NCBI GenBank assembly: GCA_963695545.1
Contig: OY968796.1
Location: forward strand, 1,216,001 to 1,280,000
DNA length: 64,000 nucleotides
Origin: Terriglobia bacterium
GTDB lineage: Bacteria > Acidobacteriota > Terriglobia > Acidiferrales > UBA7541
Reading direction: 5' to 3'
This document shows, piece by piece, positions 1-8,070 of this stretch. Both the position numbers and the translations under genes were made by a program. Within the stretch, counting starts at the first letter, position 1; each line of letters starts with the position of its first letter. Below the pieces are notes generated by a model that was given only the letters and a program-made list of their open reading frames with translations, had not been told where the DNA came from and made no database searches.

Positions 1-382
1 TGAAGAAGGTTTTGTTGCGGAGCAAGGCTTCGACCGCGGAGACCAAATCGAGACTCGCGTCGGATTTCAATAGATAGCCTCGCGCACCGGCCTCCAGGAT
101 TTGCTGAATCATGGGATCGGCCTCATGCATGGTGAGGATCAGCACCTTGGTCTGCGGCGCGCTTTTGGCAATCTGCCGTGTGGCCTCGAGACCATTCAGA
201 AGAGGCATGCTGATGTCGAGGATGGCGACATCGGGTTTCAGCTGTTGCGCCTTCTTCACGGCATCCCTGCCGTCGCTGGCCTCGGCCACGACTTCCCAGC
301 CGGAGCGCGCCGTGAGTACCATCCGAATGCCTTTGCGCACAAGTTCATGGTCGTCAGCGATCAAAATGGATACGGGAGGCAT
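1..382 (-). CDS. NarL/FixJ-family response regulator, 3' end runs off the window
   Basis: Read manually, absent from ORF track: MPPVSILIADDHELVRKGIR...KPDVAILDISMPLLNGLEA...VLILTMHE...GARGYLLKSDA, a receiver domain with no stop before position 1. Confidence 0.9.
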   Translation of the reverse strand, partial: MPPVSILIADDHELVRKGIRMVLTARSGWEVVAEASDGRDAVKKAQQLKPDVAILDISMPLLNGLEATRQIAKSAPQTKVLILTMHEADPMIQQILEAGARGYLLKSDASLDLVSAVEALLRNKTFF

Positions 383-400
383 GTGTGTTCGCTCCTGGCC

Positions 401-943
401 TTAGGCCGAGATGCAAGATTTGTGAGGCAGCGCTGCGATTCGCACGTCCCATATTTTTGTCGCACCGAACTTCGGGAAACGCAATCTGCTGCGCGATGAA
501 ACGGCGGGATTTGGTTTGTCGCTCTTTTCACGCGCTTCGCGCTTCTCGTCGGCCTCGGAGCCGAAGAAGGTCCCGCCGGCCAGGAGCCGATCGATGGCGC
601 GAACCAGATCGCGGCCGGCCTGCGATTTCTGGACATAGCCACGGGCGCCCACGATTTGGACGTCGGCGCAGAGCCTTTCCGACTCGTGCATCGTAAGGAT
701 GAGCACTCGGCAAGTGCCAACCGACTTGACGATGCGGGAGGCAGCTTCAAGGCCGTTCATGACGGGCATGGTGACATCGAGGACCACGACGTCGGGCTTG
801 AGATTCACGGCGGCCTTGACGGCTTGCTCTCCGTCAGAAGCTTCACCGCAGATGACCCATTCCGGCCGCGCTTTCGAGATGATCGAACGAACGCCCTGCC
901 GGACGACGTCGTGGTCGTCAACAATCAGAATCTTTGCGGCCAT
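401..943 (-). CDS. Response regulator, NarL-type receiver domain with no clear HTH
   Basis: MAAKILIVDDHDVVRQGVR...VVVLDVTMPVMNGLEA...GARGYVQK; start placed at ATG 943 within ORF 401..955. Confidence 0.88.
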   Translation of the reverse strand: MAAKILIVDDHDVVRQGVRSIISKARPEWVICGEASDGEQAVKAAVNLKPDVVVLDVTMPVMNGLEAASRIVKSVGTCRVLILTMHESERLCADVQIVGARGYVQKSQAGRDLVRAIDRLLAGGTFFGSEADEKREAREKSDKPNPAVSSRSRLRFPKFGATKIWDVRIAALPHKSCISA

Positions 944-1031
944 AAGAGCCTCCATCGAGGACCGCGCCCAAGGTGCCAGTTAGCCGCCGGGGGGGCGGAA
1001 CTCTGAATCGTGTGCGCATGGCTGGGCCAGG

Positions 1032-2900
1032 CTAGTCCGTAGCGCCCGCGGCGAACCGGGACGCGTTGTAGGGAAGCGTCGCGCGAACGGTCGTGCCGGA
1101 GTCGCTCGAGATCAACTCGAGGCTGCCGCCCAGTTGGCGCATGCGCTCATCCATGCCGCGAAGCCCCACTCCCATTTTTCCGAGCGCGTCGGGGCCCATC
1201 TCCAAAATGCTGGGCGGGATTCCCTTTCCGTCGTCATGAATCTCGAGGGTCACGATTCCGTCCTGAATCGACATCCGAGCGTGCGCCGTGGGACTTTCGG
1301 AGTGCCGGTGAACGTTCGTCAGACCCTCCTGAAGCACGCGGAAAATTGCCAGCTCGACATCGCGCGGCAAGCGTCCGAAATCGGGCGGTACGATCTCGAA
1401 TGCCGTCTGGATGCCGCTGCGCTTTGCAAAACCGTCCACGAACCACGGAATCGCGGTGGTCAAGCCCATTTCCTCGAGCATCGGAGGATGCAGCAGATAG
1501 GAAATGGTGCGGACATCCCGGATGGCTTGTTCGGCCAAGCCCACGCATTCGGCAAGTTGCTGCTCGGCGTCCTTCCTGTTCGGGTCCAGATCGGATTTCA
1601 AAGAGTCCAGGCCCATTTTCAAGACCGCGAGACACTGGCCGACGCTGTCGTGAAGCTCCCTACCGAAGCGCCGGCGTTCCTCGTCTTGGGTACGGAGAAG
1701 CTGGCCGGAGAGATTGCGCAAAGATCGCTCGGAATTGTGCAATTTACGTTCGGCTACGATCCTCTCAGCAATTTCAGCGCCCAAATGCTCATTCGATTCC
1801 CTGAGCGCTTCGTGCGCCCGCATTCTTTCCGTAACATCGCGGGTGATCTTACCGAAACCGCAGAGTCGCCCGGCTTCGTCGTGCATCGCGGTGATGATGA
1901 GACTGGCCCAGAATCGCGACCCGTCCTTACGGATGCGCCATCCTTCCTCCTCGAGCCGCCCGAGCGATGCCGCGATCTCGAGATCTCGCGCGGGCTTGCC
2001 GGAATCGATATCTTCCTGGGGATAAAAACAAGAGAAGTGCTTGCCGATAATTTCTGAAGCTGCGTAGCCTTTGATGCGCTCCGCTCCGATATTCCAGGTG
2101 CTGACGCGGCCCTCGGTGTCGAGCATGAAGATGGCGTAGTCCTGGACGCTTTCCACCAACAACTGGAATCGCTCCTCGATTTCGCGGAGCGCGGCTTCGG
2201 CCTCGAGCGCGTGCGTTTTTTGCTCCAAGCGAGCGATGGCGCGCAACCGATCATCGTCCGTCGCAAGGGCTGCCTCGCCGTGACCCGAAGCCACGTGGGA
2301 GTGTTCCGCGCAAATCTTCAGAAACGGCCCTGCGTGTTCGGTTCGAGCGAAGGATCCCATCGGATAGGCGCAGAAGAGAGAGAAGGAGTGGGCCTTGGCA
2401 AGTTCGTTCCAAAGCTCTTCGAGGGGTATGGTGGCTTCGATTTTCCCTTGCTCCCACAAGAGCGCAACCATCTCGCCGAACGCGTAAATGCGCGCTTGTT
2501 CGCTTCGGGCGGCGGCCCGGGCACGCTTCATGATCGCGCCCATGAGGTCCGCAAAGCGCGGGGCGCTGGGCCATTCACCGACCATGAATCCCGCCAGGGT
2601 CTCGGCGGCGTCCAGCGCGATGTACCGCCCGTGCTTGATGGCGTTGGTCAGATCAAATCCTCGCGAATGCAATCGCTGCGCGAGCGCGTCACGATGGGGC
2701 TTTGTGGCGATAATGACGAGTGGGTCGCCGGCTTCGAGGGGAATTGCCGCGTAGGAAGCCAGCGTGTCGATTAGGACTTCTTCCTCCGTATAGAACCGGA
2801 CGACGTGTTCGTGCTTTTCGCCCCGCAGCCAGGTTGTGAGGGGTACAGGGGGAGCGTCCTTGGATACATTCGACGCGTTCGATGCGAGTCTGGGGGCCAT
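1032..2900 (-). CDS. Cytoplasmic sensor histidine kinase, MEDS + PAS + HisKA_3/HATPase
   Basis: MEDS-like N-terminus (HVVRFY...FGEMVALLW...LEELWNEL...LFCAYP), PAS (DYAIFMLD...WNIGAERIKGY), EERRRFGRELHDSVGQ H-box, QEGLTNVHRHS, DDGKG, GVGLRGM. Confidence 0.92.
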   Translation of the reverse strand: MAPRLASNASNVSKDAPPVPLTTWLRGEKHEHVVRFYTEEEVLIDTLASYAAIPLEAGDPLVIIATKPHRDALAQRLHSRGFDLTNAIKHGRYIALDAAETLAGFMVGEWPSAPRFADLMGAIMKRARAAARSEQARIYAFGEMVALLWEQGKIEATIPLEELWNELAKAHSFSLFCAYPMGSFARTEHAGPFLKICAEHSHVASGHGEAALATDDDRLRAIARLEQKTHALEAEAALREIEERFQLLVESVQDYAIFMLDTEGRVSTWNIGAERIKGYAASEIIGKHFSCFYPQEDIDSGKPARDLEIAASLGRLEEEGWRIRKDGSRFWASLIITAMHDEAGRLCGFGKITRDVTERMRAHEALRESNEHLGAEIAERIVAERKLHNSERSLRNLSGQLLRTQDEERRRFGRELHDSVGQCLAVLKMGLDSLKSDLDPNRKDAEQQLAECVGLAEQAIRDVRTISYLLHPPMLEEMGLTTAIPWFVDGFAKRSGIQTAFEIVPPDFGRLPRDVELAIFRVLQEGLTNVHRHSESPTAHARMSIQDGIVTLEIHDDGKGIPPSILEMGPDALGKMGVGLRGMDERMRQLGGSLELISSDSGTTVRATLPYNASRFAAGATD

Positions 2901-3176
2901 ACGAGCCTCACTCTGAAGTAGTTAGTATTGCAACGTTCGCCGACCGGTGGGTGGGCCACGGTGTCTGCCCACAGATACTAACGCCGGACGCCTGAGTTGC
3001 CTTCCTGAAAAGTTCGCAAGGCGCGGTGTCCAGACCGCCATTTTAGTCCCGCCCAAGCCTAGAATCGCAGCCCCATCTAACCGGATTCCGCATACTGGGC
3101 CAATACCGCAAAACATGTACGAGTCTGTCGAGGAGGGGCCCCCCGCCGCCGGAGTCGATGTAGGCCTGAAAGGCGG

Positions 3177-3214
3177 TGTGACTGGCGTCACGACGCGCCG
3201 TGATTCGGGTCACG
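3177..3214 (+). promoter_or_regulatory. Tandem CRP/FNR-family boxes upstream of the USP gene
   Basis: TGTGA-N6-TCACG (3177-3192) and CGTGA-N6-TCACG (3199-3214), 22 bp apart. Confidence 0.8.
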
Positions 3215-3261
3215 GCCGAGGACGGGGTCCCGGGCGCACAGTGTGAGCCAGGAGGTGGCAC

Positions 3262-4167
3262 ATGATAACCGTTGGAGTCGACACCCGAATCACTCTGAAG
3301 AACATTCTATTTCTCACGGACTTCTCGGAACCTTCGCAGGCGGCGCTGCCGTTCGCCGTGGCGATGGCGCGCGAATTTGGCGCGACGATTCATGCGCTGC
3401 ATGTCTTGGCTCCGGATGCCTACCTATATGGGTGCGCCACGCCCGAGACGGTTGCTCTTGCGCTCGAGGCGCAGGAAGAAGCCGGTGAAGCGGAAATACA
3501 GCTGGTGGCTGCGCAGATTGAAAATGTACCCCACGACGTAGCGGTGACGCGCGGAGTGGGCGTTTGGCCGGCTGTCGAGCAGGCCATCGCCGATTTCAAC
3601 ATCGACCTAATCGTGCTCGGCACACATGGGCGCACGGGAATACAGAAACTGCTGATGGGGTCAGTTGCGGAGGAAATCTTCCGGCGCTCGCCTGTTCCGG
3701 TTTTGACCATCGGGCCGTGGGCGCGCCAGGGCATTCACAACGCGGCCAAATTTCATCGCTTGCTCTTTGCGACAAACTTCAGCCCCGAGGCAATGGCTGC
3801 CGCACCGTACGCGATTTCTCTCGCGGAGGAACATGAGGCCCGGCTGATTCTTCTGAATGTGATTCATGAGCGCGTGGGAGATGCGGATCGGGGGCGAATT
3901 CAAACGTCGATCGCGCACCTGATGTATGAGCTCCATGAGATCGTGCCCCAAGATGCGGAGCTCTGGTGCCGCCCGGAGGCGGTGGTGGAGTACGGAGAGC
4001 CGGCCGCGCGCATTTTGGCGGCGGCGAAACAACGCGACGCCGATCTGATTGTGCTGGGAGTGCGCGACGCCGCAGGGCGCCTGGGCGCAGCAACACATCT
4101 GGAACGAGCGACGGCACACAAGGTGGTGGCTCACGCCACATGCCCGGTGCTCACGGTTCGTGGTTGA
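3262..4167 (+). CDS. Universal stress protein with two tandem USP domains
   Basis: KNILFLTDFS, DLIVLGTHGRTGIQKLLMGSVAEEIFRRSPVPVLT, second domain ending HATCPVLTVR; GGAGG RBS. Confidence 0.95.
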   Translation: MITVGVDTRITLKNILFLTDFSEPSQAALPFAVAMAREFGATIHALHVLAPDAYLYGCATPETVALALEAQEEAGEAEIQLVAAQIENVPHDVAVTRGVGVWPAVEQAIADFNIDLIVLGTHGRTGIQKLLMGSVAEEIFRRSPVPVLTIGPWARQGIHNAAKFHRLLFATNFSPEAMAAAPYAISLAEEHEARLILLNVIHERVGDADRGRIQTSIAHLMYELHEIVPQDAELWCRPEAVVEYGEPAARILAAAKQRDADLIVLGVRDAAGRLGAATHLERATAHKVVAHATCPVLTVRG

Positions 4168-4213
4168 TGGAGCGGAAGGGCGAGGGAAATTTTCGTCTGT
4201 GTGGAGGTGCCAA

Positions 4214-4732
4214 ATGCTGGTCAGAGAAATGGGCCGACAGGAATGCCATGATTTGCTCGCCCGGCTTGGATATGGGCGGCTGGCGTGCGCGCGAGAGAAT
4301 AAGCCGTACATCGTACCGATCTATTTTGCATACGCATCGAATTCTCTGTACGGCTTCGCCACGATGGGCCAAAAGGTCGAATGGATGCGGGCCAACCCGC
4401 AGGTGTGTGTAGAGGCCGATGAAGTCAAAAGCCATAACGCGTGGAGCAGCGTCGTCGTCCAAGGGCGTTACCAGGAATTTCCCGATGCGCCGGAATTCTC
4501 GAAGCTGAGACAACAGGCACAAGCCGCGCTGGAAAAGAGGACCTTGTGGTGGCAAGCCGGATTCGCGGCAGCGCAGACTCGCGGGCAATTCGATCGCGAC
4601 ATTCCGGTGTTTTACTGCGTGCACATTGAAGAAATCAGCGGTCATTGCGCTTCGCCGGATCCGGTTGAGGCTAGCTTCGTGCGGCCGCAGGAGCAGTGCG
4701 GCTTGAGGGAAATGCGTCCGAGGCGCGCGTGA
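4214..4732 (+). CDS. Pyridoxamine 5'-phosphate oxidase-like (NimA-like) flavin-binding protein
   Basis: ECHDLLARLGYGRLAC...PYIVPIYF...GQKVEWMRANPQVC...WSSVVVQG; GGAGG RBS before ATG 4214. Confidence 0.85.
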   Translation: MLVREMGRQECHDLLARLGYGRLACARENKPYIVPIYFAYASNSLYGFATMGQKVEWMRANPQVCVEADEVKSHNAWSSVVVQGRYQEFPDAPEFSKLRQQAQAALEKRTLWWQAGFAAAQTRGQFDRDIPVFYCVHIEEISGHCASPDPVEASFVRPQEQCGLREMRPRRA

Positions 4733-4736
4733 GCAG

Positions 4737-4841
4737 ATGCCGTTGATCACACACCGCTTCAAACCCGATCGAATCACGGCGGCCTGCGAGCTCTTCGCGG
4801 GCCATCGCGATGGGGTGACGAAGGTCGCGATCGAGCGTTAG
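4737..4841 (+). pseudogene. C-terminal remnant of a zinc-dependent (MDR) alcohol dehydrogenase
   Basis: PLITHRFKPDRITAACELFAGHRDGVTKVAIER* resembles the MDR C-terminal pattern ITHRFxL...A.ELF...RDGV.KVAI. Confidence 0.6.
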
Positions 4842-4938
4842 GTTTGTCGCGCGCTTCCTGCGAAGTCTGCGCTTCCGACACGCTGCGGCCCGGCCCACGA
4901 TGCCGGGCCGGACTAATTTTTTGAGCGAAGATTTTTGG

Positions 4939-5652
4939 TTACGCCGCTGTCAACTGCGTTGGCGATTTTTCACCGGGAAATTCCGGCCAGAGGAACTTCA
5001 CGACCACACCTTGGTTCTCGTCGTGCACGAGAGTCAAAACATGCGAACAGCGCTCACACAGCCAGTAGTGCGTCGCGGCGTGGTTTCCCGTGGGCGCGAA
5101 CGAACCTTGGACCATTGGATCTTGGGTAGCAGACGCGGGCTGAAAGCGGAAGAACCTGCCCCCGGCGAGCCAATGGAAGACGGTCGGGCAGGCTGGATTG
5201 GCGCACTTGGGATTGAGGTTGTGGAAAAGAGGCTCCCCCTTGCTCCCGGCGGAATCGGATACAGGTAGTTCGTTTCCTTTGTCGCGGTGGGCGCGTCGCT
5301 CCTCTTCGAGGGTCGCGATGGTCGCACGGAGCCATTTGCCGAAAATCTCTTCCGTTTCGTATTGGTCGGCGTAGCGATAAAGCGAATCAAGAGTCTCCCC
5401 CTCCGCGTTAAAGGGGATGTGACGGCACGGAATCTCAGCAGCGCGAAATTCCGCCGGCACGAGCTGCATCAAGACGCACTCACTGCAAGGAACTGGATGG
5501 TCCTTGGAATCGTAATTCATGCAGGTAGGGGAATCTTCAAACACGAATTGGGGTTTCCAGGGCGCGCGGGGCGAACGGCCGTAGCCGCCTTTTTCCAGGA
5601 AATCCAACTCCGACTTCAAAACATCTAGAAGGTCACGCTCATCGTCTCTCAT
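4939..5652 (-). CDS. Hypothetical two-domain Cys-rich protein
   Basis: 237 aa with C-x11-C-x2-C...CRH in the first half and CANPAC...HYWLCERC in the second; purine-rich RBS. Confidence 0.8.
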   Translation of the reverse strand: MRDDERDLLDVLKSELDFLEKGGYGRSPRAPWKPQFVFEDSPTCMNYDSKDHPVPCSECVLMQLVPAEFRAAEIPCRHIPFNAEGETLDSLYRYADQYETEEIFGKWLRATIATLEEERRAHRDKGNELPVSDSAGSKGEPLFHNLNPKCANPACPTVFHWLAGGRFFRFQPASATQDPMVQGSFAPTGNHAATHYWLCERCSHVLTLVHDENQGVVVKFLWPEFPGEKSPTQLTAA

Positions 5653-5701
5653 TGTGTATCCCCCTTCCCTTTCAGTCTCCGCCTTCGTCCCGGTGGCACG
5701 C

Positions 5702-5739
5702 GGTGACGCAGGTCACCGTGCAATGTGAAAGGCGTCACA
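5702..5739. promoter_or_regulatory. Tandem CRP/FNR-family boxes in the divergent intergenic region
   Basis: GGTGA-N6-TCACC (5702-5717) and perfect TGTGA-N6-TCACA (5724-5739), 22 bp apart. Confidence 0.85.
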
Positions 5740-5880
5740 ACCAAATCGACGCATCGGGAGCAAGAGTGAAGGCAGCGAAAACGGAAACGAAGTGGCTTCC
5801 CGGGAGGTGACCCAATGGCATACCGGATTCGAGTTTTCCCCAAGAAGAAGCGGCGTATAATGCGTGCCAATGGCGCGAAG

Positions 5881-6597
5881 ATGAAGACCCCTTACGGCCT
5901 CGAGGTAATCGAAAACTGCCTGACTTGCCCGGTGATGAAAGACCGTCTCTTCTGCAACTTGTCACAGAAAACGCTGGCGGGGCTTGATGCGATTTCGACC
6001 TCGTCAACGTATCCGAAGGGCGCGGTGCTGTTCGTCGAGGGTCAGGCGGCGCGCGGCGCATTTATCATCTGCAATGGCAGAGTGAAGCTCTCGGCGAGCT
6101 CCTCGCAAGGCAAGTCCATAATTCTTCGGATCGCCGAAGCGGGTGAAATCGTGGGACTGCCCGGGTCCATTTCGGGAAAACCGTACGAGGTTACGGCGGA
6201 AGCGCTCGAGCCAATCCAGGCGAATTTCATGCGCCGCGACGATCTGTTGCGGTTTTTGCGCGAGCACGGCGAGGCCGCGTTGCGCGTGGCGGAAATGCTC
6301 TGCCACATCTATCACGCGACCTATCAAGAAGTTAAGTATCTCGGATTGTCCAGCTCCGCGGCGGAAAAGCTGGCGAGATTTATCCTGGACCTCGCGGACT
6401 CGAAGCCGCACGACGATGGACCGATTCGTGCCGCAGTCACGCTGACGCACGAGGAGATCGCCGAGATTATCGGAGCGTCACGTGAAACCGTGACTCGGCT
6501 GTTCGCCAGTTTCAAAAAGAAGAATCTGATTGAAGTGCATGGCTCGACGTTGCTCATCAAGAATAAAGCAGGGCTTGAAGCCCTCGTTGAAGCTTAA
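5881..6597 (+). CDS. Crp/Fnr-family transcription regulator with N-terminal Cys cluster
   Basis: NCLTCPVMKDRLFC, cNMP-like domain, HTH LTHEEIAEIIGASRETVTR; start could be upstream (ORF opens at 5815). Confidence 0.95.
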   Translation: MKTPYGLEVIENCLTCPVMKDRLFCNLSQKTLAGLDAISTSSTYPKGAVLFVEGQAARGAFIICNGRVKLSASSSQGKSIILRIAEAGEIVGLPGSISGKPYEVTAEALEPIQANFMRRDDLLRFLREHGEAALRVAEMLCHIYHATYQEVKYLGLSSSAAEKLARFILDLADSKPHDDGPIRAAVTLTHEEIAEIIGASRETVTRLFASFKKKNLIEVHGSTLLIKNKAGLEALVEA

Positions 6598-6615
6598 CAC
6601 CTCCTCCCCAACGCT

Positions 6616-6653
6616 TGTGACGCCGAACATGGCGATTTGTGACATGCGTCACA
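6616..6653 (+). promoter_or_regulatory. CRP-type box plus an upstream half-conserved box ahead of the cytochrome cluster
   Basis: Perfect TGTGA-CATGCG-TCACA (6638-6653); TGTGA half-site 22 bp upstream (6616); -10-like AATAAT at 6676-6681. Confidence 0.8.
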
Positions 6654-6866
6654 GCGCCCAAAAACGCCGCCCATCAATAATGCGCGTGTGACTCGTGACG
6701 CATCGCGTGCGTGGTTTCGAGCTCCAAAATGCCGTCCCGAGGCTCGTCGGGCGCTGTTGGTTCCGAATTGGAAAATGTGCCTTTCTGGACAGTTTGGTTC
6801 TTCCCTGATTTCTAAAATGTTGCTCTTGATTCATCCGAGTGTGATCCGAAATCCAGGAGAAGAAAC

Positions 6867-7025
6867 ATGGCGACGATGAAGGCCGAGAAGTGCGCACATC
6901 CAGTCTGTTCGTGCATGACGACGTCAGGCAAGTACTGCAGCCCGCAATGCCAAGCGATGGAGAAGACGCCGGACATCGATTGTTCGTGCGGACACACAGT
7001 TTGTAAGGGCAAAACATCGCTGTAG
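6867..7025 (+). CDS. Bacterial metallothionein-like peptide (SmtA/BmtA-like), 52 aa
   Basis: MATMKAEKCAHPVCSCMTTSGKYCSPQCQAMEKTPDIDCSCGHTVCKGKTSL; 8 Cys and 2 His; AGGAGA RBS; below ORF-track cutoff. Confidence 0.85.
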   Translation: MATMKAEKCAHPVCSCMTTSGKYCSPQCQAMEKTPDIDCSCGHTVCKGKTSL

Positions 7026-7081
7026 CGGATGTCTCCGGCGCGGGAAGGATCGCGCCTTTGGAACGCGGATCGAAGAACCGG

Positions 7082-8059
7082 ATGAGTTCAATGCCACGCG
7101 CCGGCGAGCTGAAAATACTTGGCCTGACGATTCTCTGCGGGCTGTTATCGATTGCGGCGGGGGCACGACCGCAAGGAACGCCAGCAGCTGCCGAAAAACC
7201 TGCGCCCGCGGCACAAGAAAAAGCCTCGCCAAGCACGCCTGCAACAACTGCTTCCGATTACGTGGGGTCGGAACCCTGCAAGGTCTGCCACGTGGACGAA
7301 TATTCCAGCTGGGAGAAAAGTCCGCACTGGACGACCACGCTCGATACACGTGGAGGGCCGGCGCATCAAGGGTGCGAGGCGTGCCACGGTGCGGCGGCGA
7401 GTCACCTTGCCGACCCGACCGACACGTCGAAGCTTTTCCTTTTCGAGAAGGCTTCCGCAAAAGATATCAACGCGCGCTGCCTGACGTGCCATGCATCCGG
7501 CTCGGAACACATGGCGGCCATCGATTCGTTGCACGCGAAGAACGACGTCTCCTGCATTTCGTGCCATTCGCCTCACCATTCGACGCAACCCGAGTTTCTG
7601 CTGGTGAAAGCCCAGCCGGAGCTTTGCTATTCGTGCCATCTGGAACAGAAGCCGCAGTTCGCCATGCCGTTTCATCATCGCGTGAACGAAGGACTCGTGC
7701 AGTGCACGGACTGCCACAATCCCCACGGCACGATCGGAGAGCACCAGGTGCGCGCTTCGGCGACGCAGGATTTTGTTTGCTTCAAATGCCATGCGGATAA
7801 AGAAGGACCGTTTGTGTTCGAGCACGAGGTGGTGAAAGTGGAGGGCTGCGAATCGTGCCACACGCCGCATGGCTCGCCCAACGCGCACCTGCTGAAAGTC
7901 AGCAACGTGAACATTCTTTGCCTGTCGTGCCACACGACTTCATTCGCGAACGCGCCGGGCGCACCGTCGTTCCACAATCAGGCGGCGCAGTATCAGGCCT
8001 GCACGCTTTGCCATTCGCAGATTCATGGCTCGAATTTCGATCCCACGTTCTTTAAGTAA
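7082..8059 (+). CDS. Periplasmic decaheme c-type cytochrome, DmsE/MtrA/MtoA/PioA family
   Basis: Signal-like N-terminus and exactly 10 CxxCH motifs; YVGSE.CK.CH, HH.V.EG...C.DCHNPHG, GPFVFEH, terminal CH.QIHGSN; exact start uncertain. Confidence 0.95.
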   Translation: MSSMPRAGELKILGLTILCGLLSIAAGARPQGTPAAAEKPAPAAQEKASPSTPATTASDYVGSEPCKVCHVDEYSSWEKSPHWTTTLDTRGGPAHQGCEACHGAAASHLADPTDTSKLFLFEKASAKDINARCLTCHASGSEHMAAIDSLHAKNDVSCISCHSPHHSTQPEFLLVKAQPELCYSCHLEQKPQFAMPFHHRVNEGLVQCTDCHNPHGTIGEHQVRASATQDFVCFKCHADKEGPFVFEHEVVKVEGCESCHTPHGSPNAHLLKVSNVNILCLSCHTTSFANAPGAPSFHNQAAQYQACTLCHSQIHGSNFDPTFFK

Positions 8060-8070
8060 AGGGCTCGGCG

